From: an uncultured Bacteroides sp.
GTDB taxonomy: Bacteria; Bacteroidota; Bacteroidia; Bacteroidales; Muribaculaceae
Reading direction: 5' to 3'
Assembly (NCBI GenBank): GCA_964454365.1
Contig: CAYVTB010000001.1
Coordinates: 1-52,286 of the forward strand
Length of the DNA stretch: 52,286 bases
Under the pieces are notes generated by a model that was not told the DNA's origin, did not search any database, and worked only from the letters and a program-made list of their open reading frames with translations. Each line of letters begins with the position of its first letter. Within the stretch, counting starts at the first letter, position 1. Shown here piece after piece: positions 19,090 through 28,761 of the stretch. The position numbers were made by a program, and so were the translations under genes.

Positions 19090-20280
19090 TTAGCGACCGA
19101 AAAAGCGGCGTAGAGCGGCCGTGTGGTCACCGAGGATGATCACATGATGGTTGCCCAGCGGATTCTTGAGGAAGTAATCGACACTTTCGTCCAGTTTGAG
19201 ACGTATCTGGGTGCGACACATCGAAGGATTGTCAAGATTCTCGACAAGCCGTCCACGCGAAATGAAGTGATGATTCATTTCAGGTCCCCACCATTTCAGG
19301 ACGGTGACATCACCCAGAGGCAGCACGCCTTGCAGGGCAACACCTATTCCACTCTCGAAGTGGCTGCGCAGAATATTAGTACCGGCCATGGTCATGGGCA
19401 GCGTGCAATGTGCGAAAATGATCTCATTACCTTTGGTATCGATGCGCGAGGGATTGGCCATGAAAGCATCGGCACCGGCAACTCGACGGGCAAGCAGCAT
19501 TGTCAGAAGAGCGGGAACGTCGCCTTCACATCCTGCGGGAATGCCCTTGGCGTTTAGAACAGCGAGTGCAAGACAGCCGGTAGTTCCGAGCGGTTCGAGC
19601 AGATCGAAGCACTTGAGGGTAAATGCGTCGAGACGGTGACGCTTAACGACGGCCTCGATCGCCGAAGTGAGTCTCAGAGCTTTGTCAAGATCTTCCTCAG
19701 TAGGTTCTACGCGGCGGAGCGAGTGGATGCCGCTCACGTCGGCCGGCTCCGAGCGGTTGTACTCCTCAATGATCTCATTGAGATCAATGGCAACGAATTC
19801 TATGCCGTAAAGCTCGCTGACAGCATTATAGTCAACATCACTTGAAATAAGCCAGCCTGAGGGGCCCCCCATCAGACCCACACGACAACCTCGCAACGCT
19901 TCCCGAGCCTCGATCGACTGCAGCTCGCGGACCATCTCTGCCGGATTATCGTGGATGATCTTCGCGCCTATACCTTTTGTACCGAGCCACGCAGCGATTT
20001 CCATCGAGGCGGCAAGCGAGTTCTGAAGACCATCGGCAACCAGATAGACCATCTTGACGTCAGACGACTCGATAGCCTCGCGCACGCCCTCCTCGACTCC
20101 TCCTGTTGCGACAAAAAGCAGTACGGTACCAGTCTTGCCTTTGAGGTCCGAAACCGGGACAAGCTCTATGTCAAACACTTTGTCCAATGCAGCAAAAATA
20201 TCCTTGTGAGCAGCTTTTACAGCCTCACTATTGTGCAAGCCCGATATGGCTTGATAAAGTTTCAAAGCAGTTTTTTCCAT
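19090..20280 (-). CDS. L-fucose/L-arabinose isomerase-like protein
   Basis: GCEGD, FAHCT, CRTQI and LGNHHV motifs of the fucose-isomerase-like family. Substrate unknown. Confidence 0.75.
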   Translation of the reverse strand: MEKTALKLYQAISGLHNSEAVKAAHKDIFAALDKVFDIELVPVSDLKGKTGTVLLFVATGGVEEGVREAIESSDVKMVYLVADGLQNSLAASMEIAAWLGTKGIGAKIIHDNPAEMVRELQSIEAREALRGCRVGLMGGPSGWLISSDVDYNAVSELYGIEFVAIDLNEIIEEYNRSEPADVSGIHSLRRVEPTEEDLDKALRLTSAIEAVVKRHRLDAFTLKCFDLLEPLGTTGCLALAVLNAKGIPAGCEGDVPALLTMLLARRVAGADAFMANPSRIDTKGNEIIFAHCTLPMTMAGTNILRSHFESGIGVALQGVLPLGDVTVLKWWGPEMNHHFISRGRLVENLDNPSMCRTQIRLKLDESVDYFLKNPLGNHHVIILGDHTAALRRFFGR

Positions 20281-20302
20281 AATGCAAAATTTATTTCCGC
20301 TA

Positions 20303-20371
20303 CAAAGATATGATATATTTATGAAAATGCCGCGCGAATATTGGCTTGCCGAGAATAATTTTGTATTTTTG
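20303..20371. promoter_or_regulatory. Divergent -7 promoter elements (isomerase-like gene / hut operon)
   Basis: TATCTTTG on the minus strand (20303-20310) and TATTTTTG on the plus strand (20364-20371). Confidence 0.6.
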
Positions 20372-20423
20372 CCAAAGTAACCGCAGGCATGCGGGCTTAA
20401 ACGATAAAAATCCTATTTCTGAC

Positions 20424-22133
20424 ATGGAAAAACGCCTAATAGAATGTGTGCCCAATTTCAGCGAGGGCCGCGACCGCGCCGTCATCGACGCAATCACATC
20501 AAGCATTACTTCAGTGGAAGGGATCAGTCTGCTCGACGTAGATCCCGGAGAAGCCACTAATCGTACCGTAGTCACCTTTGTCGGTGAACCCGAAGCCGTC
20601 GTTGAAGCGGCTTTCCGCGGAATAGCGCGGGCTGCCGAGCTTATAGACATGCGTAAACACCATGGCGCTCACCCGCGCATGGGAGCCACAGACGTGTGCC
20701 CCCTCATACCGGTAAGCGGCGTCACACTTGAAGAATGTGCCGAGATGGCACGCAAACTTGCAAAACGGGTATCCGATGAACTTGGAATACCCGTTTACTG
20801 CTATGAGGCGGCAGCCTTCACCCCCGAGCGCAAGAACCTTGCGGTGTGCCGCGCCGGCGAGTATGAAGCGTTGCCCGAGAAAATGAATCATCCCGGTAAA
20901 GGACCCGACTTCGGCGACCGCCCGTTTGATGAGGCAGCAGCCCGCACAGGTGCCACGACCATCGGTGCCCGCGATTTCCTCATTGCTGTCAACTTCAACC
21001 TTAACTCAACCTCCACTCGCCGCGCCAACGCAATCGCCTTTGACGTGCGCGAAAAGGGCCGCCCCATGCGCGAAGGCGGAAAGGTTACAGGCAAGCCTGT
21101 GAAAGATGAAAACGGCAACCCGGTCATGATTCCGGGAACGCTCAAAGGCACCAAAGCTATCGGCTGGTATATTGATGAATACGGCATAGCTCAGGTTTCA
21201 ATGAATATCACTGACATTGCCGCCACGCCGCTCCACCGCGCATTTGACGAAGTGTGCCGTGCAGCCCTTGCCCGTGGCATCCGTGTTACCGGCACGGAGA
21301 TTGTAGGCCTCGTTCCTAAAAAGGCTCTTGTCGATGCAGGCCGTCATTTCCTCCACGCGCAGCAGCGCTCCACCGGCCTGCCCGAGGAAGAGATAATACG
21401 CATTGCAATCAAGTCTATGGGGCTTGACGAGCTCAAGGAATTCAATCCACGGGAAAAAGTTATCGAATATATCCTCGAAGACGCCGGCGCAAAATCCAAC
21501 AAGCTTGTCGACATGACGCTGAAGGCATTTGCCGACGAGACTGCTTCTGAATCTCCCGCTCCCGGCGGCGGCTCGATTGCCGCATATATGGGAACTCTTG
21601 CCGCGGCACTGGGCACGATGGTTGCCAATCTCTCGGCCCACAAGGCCGGTTGGGACGACCGCTGGGAAGAGTTTTCTGAAGCAGCCGAGGAAGGGCGCCG
21701 TTCACTGGAACAGCTGCGGGACCTTGTCGACGAGGATACCGCCGCTTTCAACCGCATCATGGCCGCAATTTCGATGCCGCGCGGCACCGAGGAAGAACGT
21801 GCCACCCGTGCTGAAGCGCTTGAAGAAGCCACGCTGTATGCCACCGAAGTTCCTCTGAAGACCATGAAAGCTGCTGCTGCGACATTTGATCTGCTCGAGC
21901 GCATGGCCCGTAACGGCAACCCTGCATCGGCCTCGGATGCCGGCGTAGGCGCTATCGCGGCAGAAGCAGCTGTTGCAGGTGCATTCCTCAACGTGCGTAT
22001 TAACGCAGCCGGACTTGCCGACCGCGAAAAAGCCGACTTCCTTGTAAAAAGCGCCGCCACGATTGCCGCCGAGGCTTCGCGTCGTCGCTCAGAGATTGTA
22101 GATATTGTCAATTCCGTTATAGATAAAAACTGA
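20424..22133 (+). CDS. ftcD: Bifunctional glutamate formimidoyltransferase / cyclodeaminase
   Basis: ECVPNFSEGR, HPRMGATDVCP and QVSMN, followed by a cyclodeaminase domain with SPAPGGGS and GNPASASDAGV. Start trimmed to ATG 20424. Confidence 0.95.
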   Translation: MEKRLIECVPNFSEGRDRAVIDAITSSITSVEGISLLDVDPGEATNRTVVTFVGEPEAVVEAAFRGIARAAELIDMRKHHGAHPRMGATDVCPLIPVSGVTLEECAEMARKLAKRVSDELGIPVYCYEAAAFTPERKNLAVCRAGEYEALPEKMNHPGKGPDFGDRPFDEAAARTGATTIGARDFLIAVNFNLNSTSTRRANAIAFDVREKGRPMREGGKVTGKPVKDENGNPVMIPGTLKGTKAIGWYIDEYGIAQVSMNITDIAATPLHRAFDEVCRAALARGIRVTGTEIVGLVPKKALVDAGRHFLHAQQRSTGLPEEEIIRIAIKSMGLDELKEFNPREKVIEYILEDAGAKSNKLVDMTLKAFADETASESPAPGGGSIAAYMGTLAAALGTMVANLSAHKAGWDDRWEEFSEAAEEGRRSLEQLRDLVDEDTAAFNRIMAAISMPRGTEEERATRAEALEEATLYATEVPLKTMKAAAATFDLLERMARNGNPASASDAGVGAIAAEAAVAGAFLNVRINAAGLADREKADFLVKSAATIAAEASRRRSEIVDIVNSVIDKN

Positions 22134-22136
22134 TAT

Positions 22137-24152
22137 ATGACTCTCGAAGAATTCCGTGAAGATATACGCACCGGTATTCCCTCGGTGCTCCCTCCCCCGC
22201 AGCCGCGCGATCCGTCGCTCAACCATGCTCCGCGCCGCAAAGATATTCTTACCCCGGCCGAAAAGGAGCTTGCTCTGGCCAATGCCTTGCGTTACTTCCC
22301 TGCTGAAATGCACGCCGAGCTCGCCCCTGAATTTGCCCGCGAACTTCATGATTACGGTCGTATCTATATGTATCGCCTGAGACCGACCTACCCCATGCAC
22401 GCCCGCTCTATTGACGATTACCCGGCACGGTCACGGCAGGCAGCAGCCATCATGCTCATGATTCAGAATAATCTTGACCCGGCAGTCGCCCAGCATCCCC
22501 AGGAACTAATTACCTACGGAGGCAACGGCGCAGTATTCCAGAACTGGGCACAATATCGCCTTGCGATGAAATATCTGAGCGAAATGACCGACGACCAGAC
22601 CCTTGTCATGTACTCGGGCCATCCCCTGGGTCTTTTCCCGTCACACCCCGGCGCTCCACGCGTCGTTGTCACCAACGGCATGGTGATTCCCAACTATTCC
22701 AAGCCTGATGATTGGGAGAAATTCAATGCTCTCGGTGTATCTCAATATGGCCAGATGACGGCAGGTTCCTACATGTATATAGGTCCTCAAGGCATCGTTC
22801 ACGGCACGACTATCACTGTCCTCAACGCCGCCCGCGCGCTCCGTGGTGGTGACGATATCGCCGGCATGCTCTTCGTGACAGCCGGCCTCGGCGGCATGTC
22901 GGGAGCACAGCCCAAGGCAGCCCGCATTTCCGGGGTTGTCAGCATAACGGCTGAAATCAACCCGGCTGCAGTTGAAAAACGCCACTCACAGGGCTGGGTT
23001 GACGAGGTATATGATGACGTTGACCGCGTGATCGACAGGGCTCTCGAAGCGCAGAAAGCTCGAGAAGCCGTCTCGCTCGCTTACCGAGGCAACATTGTTG
23101 ACCTCTGGGAACGTCTTGCCGACCGCGGGGTCAAAGTAGACCTCGGCAGCGACCAGACGTCGCTTCACAATCCTTGGGCCGGCGGTTACTACCCTGTAGG
23201 CCTGTCCTATGAGGATTCGCTGAAAATGATGGCCGAGAATCCCGACAAATTCAAGGAGGCCGTCAAGGCGTCTCTCAGAAGACACGTCGACGCTGTCAAC
23301 AGACTTGCCGCCGATGGAATGTACTTCTTTGACTACGGCAACGCTTTCCTACTGGAGTCGTCCCGGGCAGGAGCAGATATAATCGGAAAAGACGGCAAGT
23401 TCCGTTATCCTTCCTATGTGGAAGCTATCATGGGCCCGAGATTCTTCGATTACGGGTTCGGACCGTTCCGCTGGGTTTGCACTTCGGGCGACCCGGCCGA
23501 TCTCGCCGTTACCGATCAACTTGCAGCTGAAGAACTTGAACGCCTGCTTGCCGCCGCTCCCGACGATATTAAAGGCCAGCTTGCCGATAACCTTCACTGG
23601 ATCCGCGAAGCAGGCCGCAATAACCTTGTCGTTGGATCTCAGGCTCGCATACTCTATGCCGATTCTGCAGCTCGCACTGCCATTGCCCTCGCCTTTAACA
23701 AGGCCATCCGCGACGGCCGCATTTCAGCGCCTGTCGTGCTGGGCCGCGACCATCACGATGTCTCGGGCACCGATTCACCCTACCGCGAGACTTCAAATAT
23801 AACCGATGGCTCGCAGTTCACCGCCGACATGGCTGTTCAGAACGTCATCGGCGACTCTTTCCGTGGAGCAACCTGGGTATCTCTCCACAATGGTGGCGGC
23901 GTAGGCTGGGGCGAGGTAATCAACGGCGGCTTCGGTATGGTGATCGACGGATCTGAAGAATGTGACCGCCGCATTGCGTCAATGCTTCTTTGGGACGTGA
24001 ATAACGGCATTGCGCGTCGATCATGGGGCCGCAATCAGGGTGCCATGGACGCTATCAGACGGGAAATGGATCGCACTCCCGGCCTGAAGGTTACGATTCC
24101 CAACGTTGCCGACTCTGAAACAATTAAACAAGCTCTTAACTCTATTAGCTGA
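22137..24152 (+). CDS. hutU: Urocanate hydratase (long type)
   Basis: YGQMTAGSYMYIGPQGIVHGT, GLGGMSGAQP, GRDHHD and HNGGGVGWG. Confidence 0.98.
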   Translation: MTLEEFREDIRTGIPSVLPPPQPRDPSLNHAPRRKDILTPAEKELALANALRYFPAEMHAELAPEFARELHDYGRIYMYRLRPTYPMHARSIDDYPARSRQAAAIMLMIQNNLDPAVAQHPQELITYGGNGAVFQNWAQYRLAMKYLSEMTDDQTLVMYSGHPLGLFPSHPGAPRVVVTNGMVIPNYSKPDDWEKFNALGVSQYGQMTAGSYMYIGPQGIVHGTTITVLNAARALRGGDDIAGMLFVTAGLGGMSGAQPKAARISGVVSITAEINPAAVEKRHSQGWVDEVYDDVDRVIDRALEAQKAREAVSLAYRGNIVDLWERLADRGVKVDLGSDQTSLHNPWAGGYYPVGLSYEDSLKMMAENPDKFKEAVKASLRRHVDAVNRLAADGMYFFDYGNAFLLESSRAGADIIGKDGKFRYPSYVEAIMGPRFFDYGFGPFRWVCTSGDPADLAVTDQLAAEELERLLAAAPDDIKGQLADNLHWIREAGRNNLVVGSQARILYADSAARTAIALAFNKAIRDGRISAPVVLGRDHHDVSGTDSPYRETSNITDGSQFTADMAVQNVIGDSFRGATWVSLHNGGGVGWGEVINGGFGMVIDGSEECDRRIASMLLWDVNNGIARRSWGRNQGAMDAIRREMDRTPGLKVTIPNVADSETIKQALNSIS

Positions 24153-24157
24153 AAATC

Positions 24158-25648
24158 ATGACACATTATATATCGGCCGAGCGCCTCACTATCGATAAGG
24201 TCGCAGAAATCCTGGCCACAGGTTGTAAACTCGCGCTTAGCGAAGACGCAAAGGCAAGAATCATACGTTGCCGCGAATATCTTGATGAAAAAATGGCGAC
24301 GGCTACCGAGCCAATTTACGGTATCACGACCGGTTTCGGCTCGCTTTGCAATATCAGCATCGACCACGACAGTCTTGCCGCTCTTCAGCGCAACCTGGTG
24401 ATGTCTCATGCCTGCTCAATCGGTGAACGTGTGCCCCGAGAGATAGTTAAGCTCATGCTGCTGCTTAAGGTACAATCACTGAGCTACGGTAATTCAGGCG
24501 TCCAGCTGAAGACCGTGCAGCGTCTTATAGATTTTTATAATCTTGACATCCTGCCGCGCGTTTGCACTCAAGGATCGCTCGGAGCATCGGGTGACCTTTC
24601 TCCGCTGGCGTGCCTGAGCCTGCCGCTGCTTGGTCTTGGCGAGGTCGAATATAAAGGAAAGCTACGCCCGGCCGCTGAAGTTCTGTCTGAAACAGGACTC
24701 GAACCTATTGAATTACAGTCAAAGGAAGGACTGGCACTACTCAACGGCACACAGTTTATGAGCGCCTACGGGACATGGAATGTCATCCGCGGTCGCCAAC
24801 TGAGCGCTCTTGCCGATAAACTTGCAGCCCTGTCTCTCGACGCTTTCGACGGACGCACAGAGCCTTTCTGCGACCCGGTTAACGAGGTGCGCAATCATCG
24901 TGGCCAGATTGAGACAGCCCGTGCCGTGCGCCGCTGGAGACATGACAGCGAGATTGCTGCCGCTCCCAAGGCCCATGTGCAGGACCCCTACTCTTTCCGT
25001 TGCGTGCCCCAGGTCCACGGTGCCGTTAAGGATACTCTTGCCCACTGCGCGTCTGTGATTGAGGATGAAATCAATGCACCGACAGATAATCCTACCATCT
25101 TCCCCGACCTTGACCTCATCGTCTCGGCAGGTAATTTCCATGGCGAGCCTATAGCGTTGCCTATGGACTTCCTGGCGGTGGCCTTCTCGGAACTCGCCAA
25201 TATTTCAGAGCGCCGTGTCTACTGTCTCATCTCGGGCAAGCGCGGATTGCCCTCGTTCCTCGTCGCCAATCCGGGGCTCAACAGCGGCTTCATGATTCCG
25301 CAGTATGCCGCCGCATCGATCGTCAGCCAGAACAAGGGGCTCTGCTGGCCTGCGAGCTGCGACTCCATCCCCTCGTCTCAAGGACAGGAAGACCACGTTT
25401 CGATGGGTGCCAACTCGGCAACGAAACTGCAACGGATCATGGACAACACCGCCCGCGTGCTCGGTATAGAGCTGTTCAATGCCGCCCAGGCGCTGGAATT
25501 CCGTCGTCCTCTCAAATCTTCTCCTGCGCTTGAAAAGTGGGTTGCCGACTACAGGAAGGTTGTGCCTTTCATTGTAAATGACACCGTGATGTATCCTCTT
25601 ATCGAGAAATCTGTCGAGTTCCTGCTTAATGAAAACTCTGCTGATTAA
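24158..25648 (+). CDS. hutH: Histidine ammonia-lyase
   Basis: YGITTGFG, GASGDL (MIO), KEGLALLNGT, QDPYSFRC and QEDHVSMG. Confidence 0.98.
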   Translation: MTHYISAERLTIDKVAEILATGCKLALSEDAKARIIRCREYLDEKMATATEPIYGITTGFGSLCNISIDHDSLAALQRNLVMSHACSIGERVPREIVKLMLLLKVQSLSYGNSGVQLKTVQRLIDFYNLDILPRVCTQGSLGASGDLSPLACLSLPLLGLGEVEYKGKLRPAAEVLSETGLEPIELQSKEGLALLNGTQFMSAYGTWNVIRGRQLSALADKLAALSLDAFDGRTEPFCDPVNEVRNHRGQIETARAVRRWRHDSEIAAAPKAHVQDPYSFRCVPQVHGAVKDTLAHCASVIEDEINAPTDNPTIFPDLDLIVSAGNFHGEPIALPMDFLAVAFSELANISERRVYCLISGKRGLPSFLVANPGLNSGFMIPQYAAASIVSQNKGLCWPASCDSIPSSQGQEDHVSMGANSATKLQRIMDNTARVLGIELFNAAQALEFRRPLKSSPALEKWVADYRKVVPFIVNDTVMYPLIEKSVEFLLNENSAD

Positions 25649-26870
25649 AAATATCGGGCTCCTGCGCGGTATCCGCGAAAATAATATAGTTCCGCTCCGC
25701 GGTGCTGAAATGGATCGCGTCGAGCAACTCAAGGATGCCTGGCTTCTGGCCACGGACGGTATCATCAGTGATTTCGGAGAAATGTGCGCTTGTCCCGAAA
25801 ATGCCGATGAAGTCATTGACGCCAAGGGGGCAATCGTTACACCGACATTCTGCGACAGCCACACCCATATTGTCTATGCCGGCAGTCGCCAGGGAGAGTT
25901 CATTGACAAGATCAACGGTCTCAGTTATGAGGAAATCGCGCGACGCGGAGGTGGCATCCTAAACTCGGCCGACAGGCTCGCGGCAACCTCGGAAGACGAA
26001 CTTTACGATGCTGCCCGCCGGCGACTGCTACAGGCAGCGGCTCTCGGTACAGGAGCTATAGAAATTAAAAGCGGCTATGGCCTCACACTTGAAGGCGAGC
26101 TGAAAATGCTCCGTGTGATTGCCCGTTTACGTTCTGATCTACCTCATATTGAAATACGTTCAACTTTCCTGGGGGCACATGCGGTCGGCCGTCAATTTGC
26201 CGGTCGCCGTGAAGCCTATGTCGACCACATAATTCAAGAAATGATTCCGGCTGTAGCTGCGGATGGACTGGCCGACTATGTCGATGTCTTTTGCGACGAA
26301 GGCTTCTTTACGGTCGAGGACACGCGCCGCATACTCGAGGTTGCCGCCCGTTACGGGATAAAACCGAAGATTCATGCCAATGAGCTTGCAATCTCGGGGG
26401 GCGTCCAGATAGGAGTTGCTTCCGGGGCTCTATCAGTCGACCATCTCGAAAGAATCGGAGAGGAAGAAATGGATCTCTTGGCCCAATCTCCTACAATCGC
26501 TACGATGCTGCCCGGTGCATCATTCTTCCTCGGAATGCCCTACGCTCCTGCGCGCCGCGCAATCGACCGCGGCTGTGCTGTAGCCCTCGCTTCCGACTGG
26601 AATCCCGGCTCATCGCCCTCAGGATCTATGCCGATGGTTATGTCGCTCAGCTGTATCAAGATGAAGCTCACACCCGACCGGGCATTCAACGCCGTTACTG
26701 TCAACGGAGCCGCAGCCATGGGCGTTCTTGGTACACACGGATCTATAACAAGAGGAAAAGCAGCATCCTTGATAATTTACAAACCTTATGTTCCTGACCC
26801 CGACTATATACCCTACGCTTACACCGAGCCGCTGATCGACCGGGTAATCCTGAAAGGCAAAGCGATATAA
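25629..26870 (+). CDS. hutI: Imidazolonepropionase
   Basis: DSHTH, GGGIL, EIKSGYGL, IHANE, DHLE and SDWNPGSSP. Confidence 0.97.
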   Translation: MKTLLIKNIGLLRGIRENNIVPLRGAEMDRVEQLKDAWLLATDGIISDFGEMCACPENADEVIDAKGAIVTPTFCDSHTHIVYAGSRQGEFIDKINGLSYEEIARRGGGILNSADRLAATSEDELYDAARRRLLQAAALGTGAIEIKSGYGLTLEGELKMLRVIARLRSDLPHIEIRSTFLGAHAVGRQFAGRREAYVDHIIQEMIPAVAADGLADYVDVFCDEGFFTVEDTRRILEVAARYGIKPKIHANELAISGGVQIGVASGALSVDHLERIGEEEMDLLAQSPTIATMLPGASFFLGMPYAPARRAIDRGCAVALASDWNPGSSPSGSMPMVMSLSCIKMKLTPDRAFNAVTVNGAAAMGVLGTHGSITRGKAASLIIYKPYVPDPDYIPYAYTEPLIDRVILKGKAI

Positions 26871-26888
26871 GAATTGAAAGAACTGAAG

Positions 26889-26914
26889 AACTGAGCTCCG
26901 CGGCTCAGTTTTTC
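26889..26914 (+). terminator. Short terminator after hutI
   Basis: AACTGAGC/GCTCAGTT stem followed by a T run. Overlaps the convergent DMT stop codon. Confidence 0.55.
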
Positions 26915-27834
26915 ATTTTAGAGCGACGGTTAAGGTAGTCGCCAAGCCATAGACCGCCTAAAATGAGCGCGCAACCAATGTAACCGATAGCAGTGACAAC
27001 CTCGTGGAGGCACACCATCGAGAAAATCATCGTGATAATCGGCTGCACATAAAGATAATTGTTGGCCTTGAGGGCACCCATAGCTCTAACAGCTTCGGCC
27101 CAAAGCACATAAGCGATCAACGATGCACCGATGCCCAGGAAAAGAAGATTACCGAGAACGGCTCCGTCATTGAAAATATCGACTATATTGTAACGCGGGG
27201 GCTCGACAAGCAAGAACGGCAGTGATGTCAGGACCCCGTAAAAGAACGTTTTGCGTGAAATAAACCAAACATCATAGGTCGCATTCAACTTCTTAAGTAC
27301 CAGAGAATAAAGCGCCCAACTTACTGCCGCCATCAGGGCAAGCATATCGCCAAGCGGCTTGATCTGCACATTGAAGCTGCTGTTAAATATAATACATCCC
27401 ACCCCGAGGAAAGCAACCAGCGAGCCAATAATCATGCCTCCGCTGGGGCGGTCGCTCTTATAGAGAATCCCGACGAGGAAAGCCGTTATCAAGGGAGATG
27501 TCGCCGTCAGCAACGACACATTGGATACAAGAGTATATTGAAGTGCGAAATTCTCGGCAAGGAAGTAAACCGATCCTGCCAGAATACCACAGAGACACAG
27601 AAGTCCCTCGTCACGCCAGTTATGGGACAGCCATCCGGTGCGTTTGAATAGAATAATCAGGACGTAGGCCAGGACGAATCGGTAGATATAGATCTCAACC
27701 GGTTGCATGCCGTGGTTGAGAAGGACCTTAGTAGATACGAATGAAATACCCCACACGGTGATGCAGAGCAACGCGCCAAGGTGAGCGAGCAATAATTGTT
27801 TGCCTTTGTACTGATTACCTGTAACGCCGGACAT
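26905..27834 (-). CDS. DMT/EamA family transporter
   Basis: About 10 hydrophobic helices in two EamA-like halves (WGISFVSTK, GD.LAL.AA.SWALY). TAATTTTG -7 element at 27866-27873. Confidence 0.9.
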   Translation of the reverse strand: MSGVTGNQYKGKQLLLAHLGALLCITVWGISFVSTKVLLNHGMQPVEIYIYRFVLAYVLIILFKRTGWLSHNWRDEGLLCLCGILAGSVYFLAENFALQYTLVSNVSLLTATSPLITAFLVGILYKSDRPSGGMIIGSLVAFLGVGCIIFNSSFNVQIKPLGDMLALMAAVSWALYSLVLKKLNATYDVWFISRKTFFYGVLTSLPFLLVEPPRYNIVDIFNDGAVLGNLLFLGIGASLIAYVLWAEAVRAMGALKANNYLYVQPIITMIFSMVCLHEVVTAIGYIGCALILGGLWLGDYLNRRSKMKN

Positions 27835-27988
27835 CTTCTAAGGTTATTTGGATGTATTACGCCTACAAAATTAGTGATTTTTTCTGACATACCTCAACAT
27901 TTCATCCTTATATTTTGTATTATAGAAAAGACATTCTTTTTCAGAAATAATTAAACAGGAATTATTAACGACATTAATCCATAAAGTG

Positions 27989-28693
27989 ATGAAGACATTA
28001 AAAATTGCATGCATAGCATTATTATGCGGAGCCGTTTTAGTAGGTGAAACCGGCTGCAGTTCATTAACCAATACCGGCAAAGGCGCGCTTATCGGCGGCG
28101 GTGGTGGCGCAGGTGTAGGCGCAGGCCTCGGCGCTCTCATCGGCGGCGGTAAAGGTGCCGCGATTGGCGCAGCTATCGGTGCTGCTGTCGGCTCAGGTGC
28201 CGGCGCTCTTATCGGTAACAAGATGGACCGGCAGCAGCGTGAGCTTCAGGAACAGTTGGCCCAGCAGGCAACCGTTGAAGAAACAACCGACGCCAATGGC
28301 TTGCGTGCAATCAAGGTGACCTTTGAAGGCGGCATCCTGTTCCCCACCAACAGTTCCACCCTTAATCCCCAGGCCCAGGCCGATCTTACAAAATTTGCAA
28401 ACTCTCTGAAGGCCAATCCCGGAACTGACGTTCAGATCTACGGTTTCACTGATAACACCGGCAGCTACCAGGTGAACGAACGAGTTGCTAACTCGCGCGC
28501 CGAATCAGTGCTCACTTATCTCGTAAACCAAGGTGTCGCGCCTACACGTCTAAGTGCTCAAGGCGTTCCTATGGCCGATTATGTTGCATCGAACGACACG
28601 CCCCAGGGTCGCGCTCAGAACCGCCGCGTTGAGATTTACATCACAGCAAGCAAGCAGATGATCGAGCAGGCCGAAGCCGGAACCCTCAAATAA
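27989..28693 (+). CDS. OmpA-family lipoprotein with glycine zipper
   Basis: ETG-C-SS lipobox-like site, glycine zipper, GFTDNTG..N...RA and GRAQNRRVEI. Confidence 0.93.
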   Translation: MKTLKIACIALLCGAVLVGETGCSSLTNTGKGALIGGGGGAGVGAGLGALIGGGKGAAIGAAIGAAVGSGAGALIGNKMDRQQRELQEQLAQQATVEETTDANGLRAIKVTFEGGILFPTNSSTLNPQAQADLTKFANSLKANPGTDVQIYGFTDNTGSYQVNERVANSRAESVLTYLVNQGVAPTRLSAQGVPMADYVASNDTPQGRAQNRRVEIYITASKQMIEQAEAGTLK

Positions 28694-28709
28694 GTAACCA
28701 CATAATAAC

Positions 28710-28758
28710 ACATAACGGGGCCGCGACTTGAAGTTGAAAAGTCGCGGCCCTGTTATGT
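28710..28758. terminator. Bidirectional terminator (ompA / neuB)
   Basis: 20-bp inverted repeat with one G-U pair (28710-28729 / 28739-28758). Confidence 0.85.
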
Positions 28759-28761
28759 TGT

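Noticed and set aside
21344-22282. 312-aa Ser/Ala/Arg-rich antisense ORF over ftcD/hutU
   Set aside because: Low-complexity mirror of Ala/Glu-rich sense codons.
28078-28217. Repetitive GGCGC/ATCGGC sequence in ompA
   Set aside because: Explained by the glycine-zipper protein repeat. It is not a DNA repeat array.
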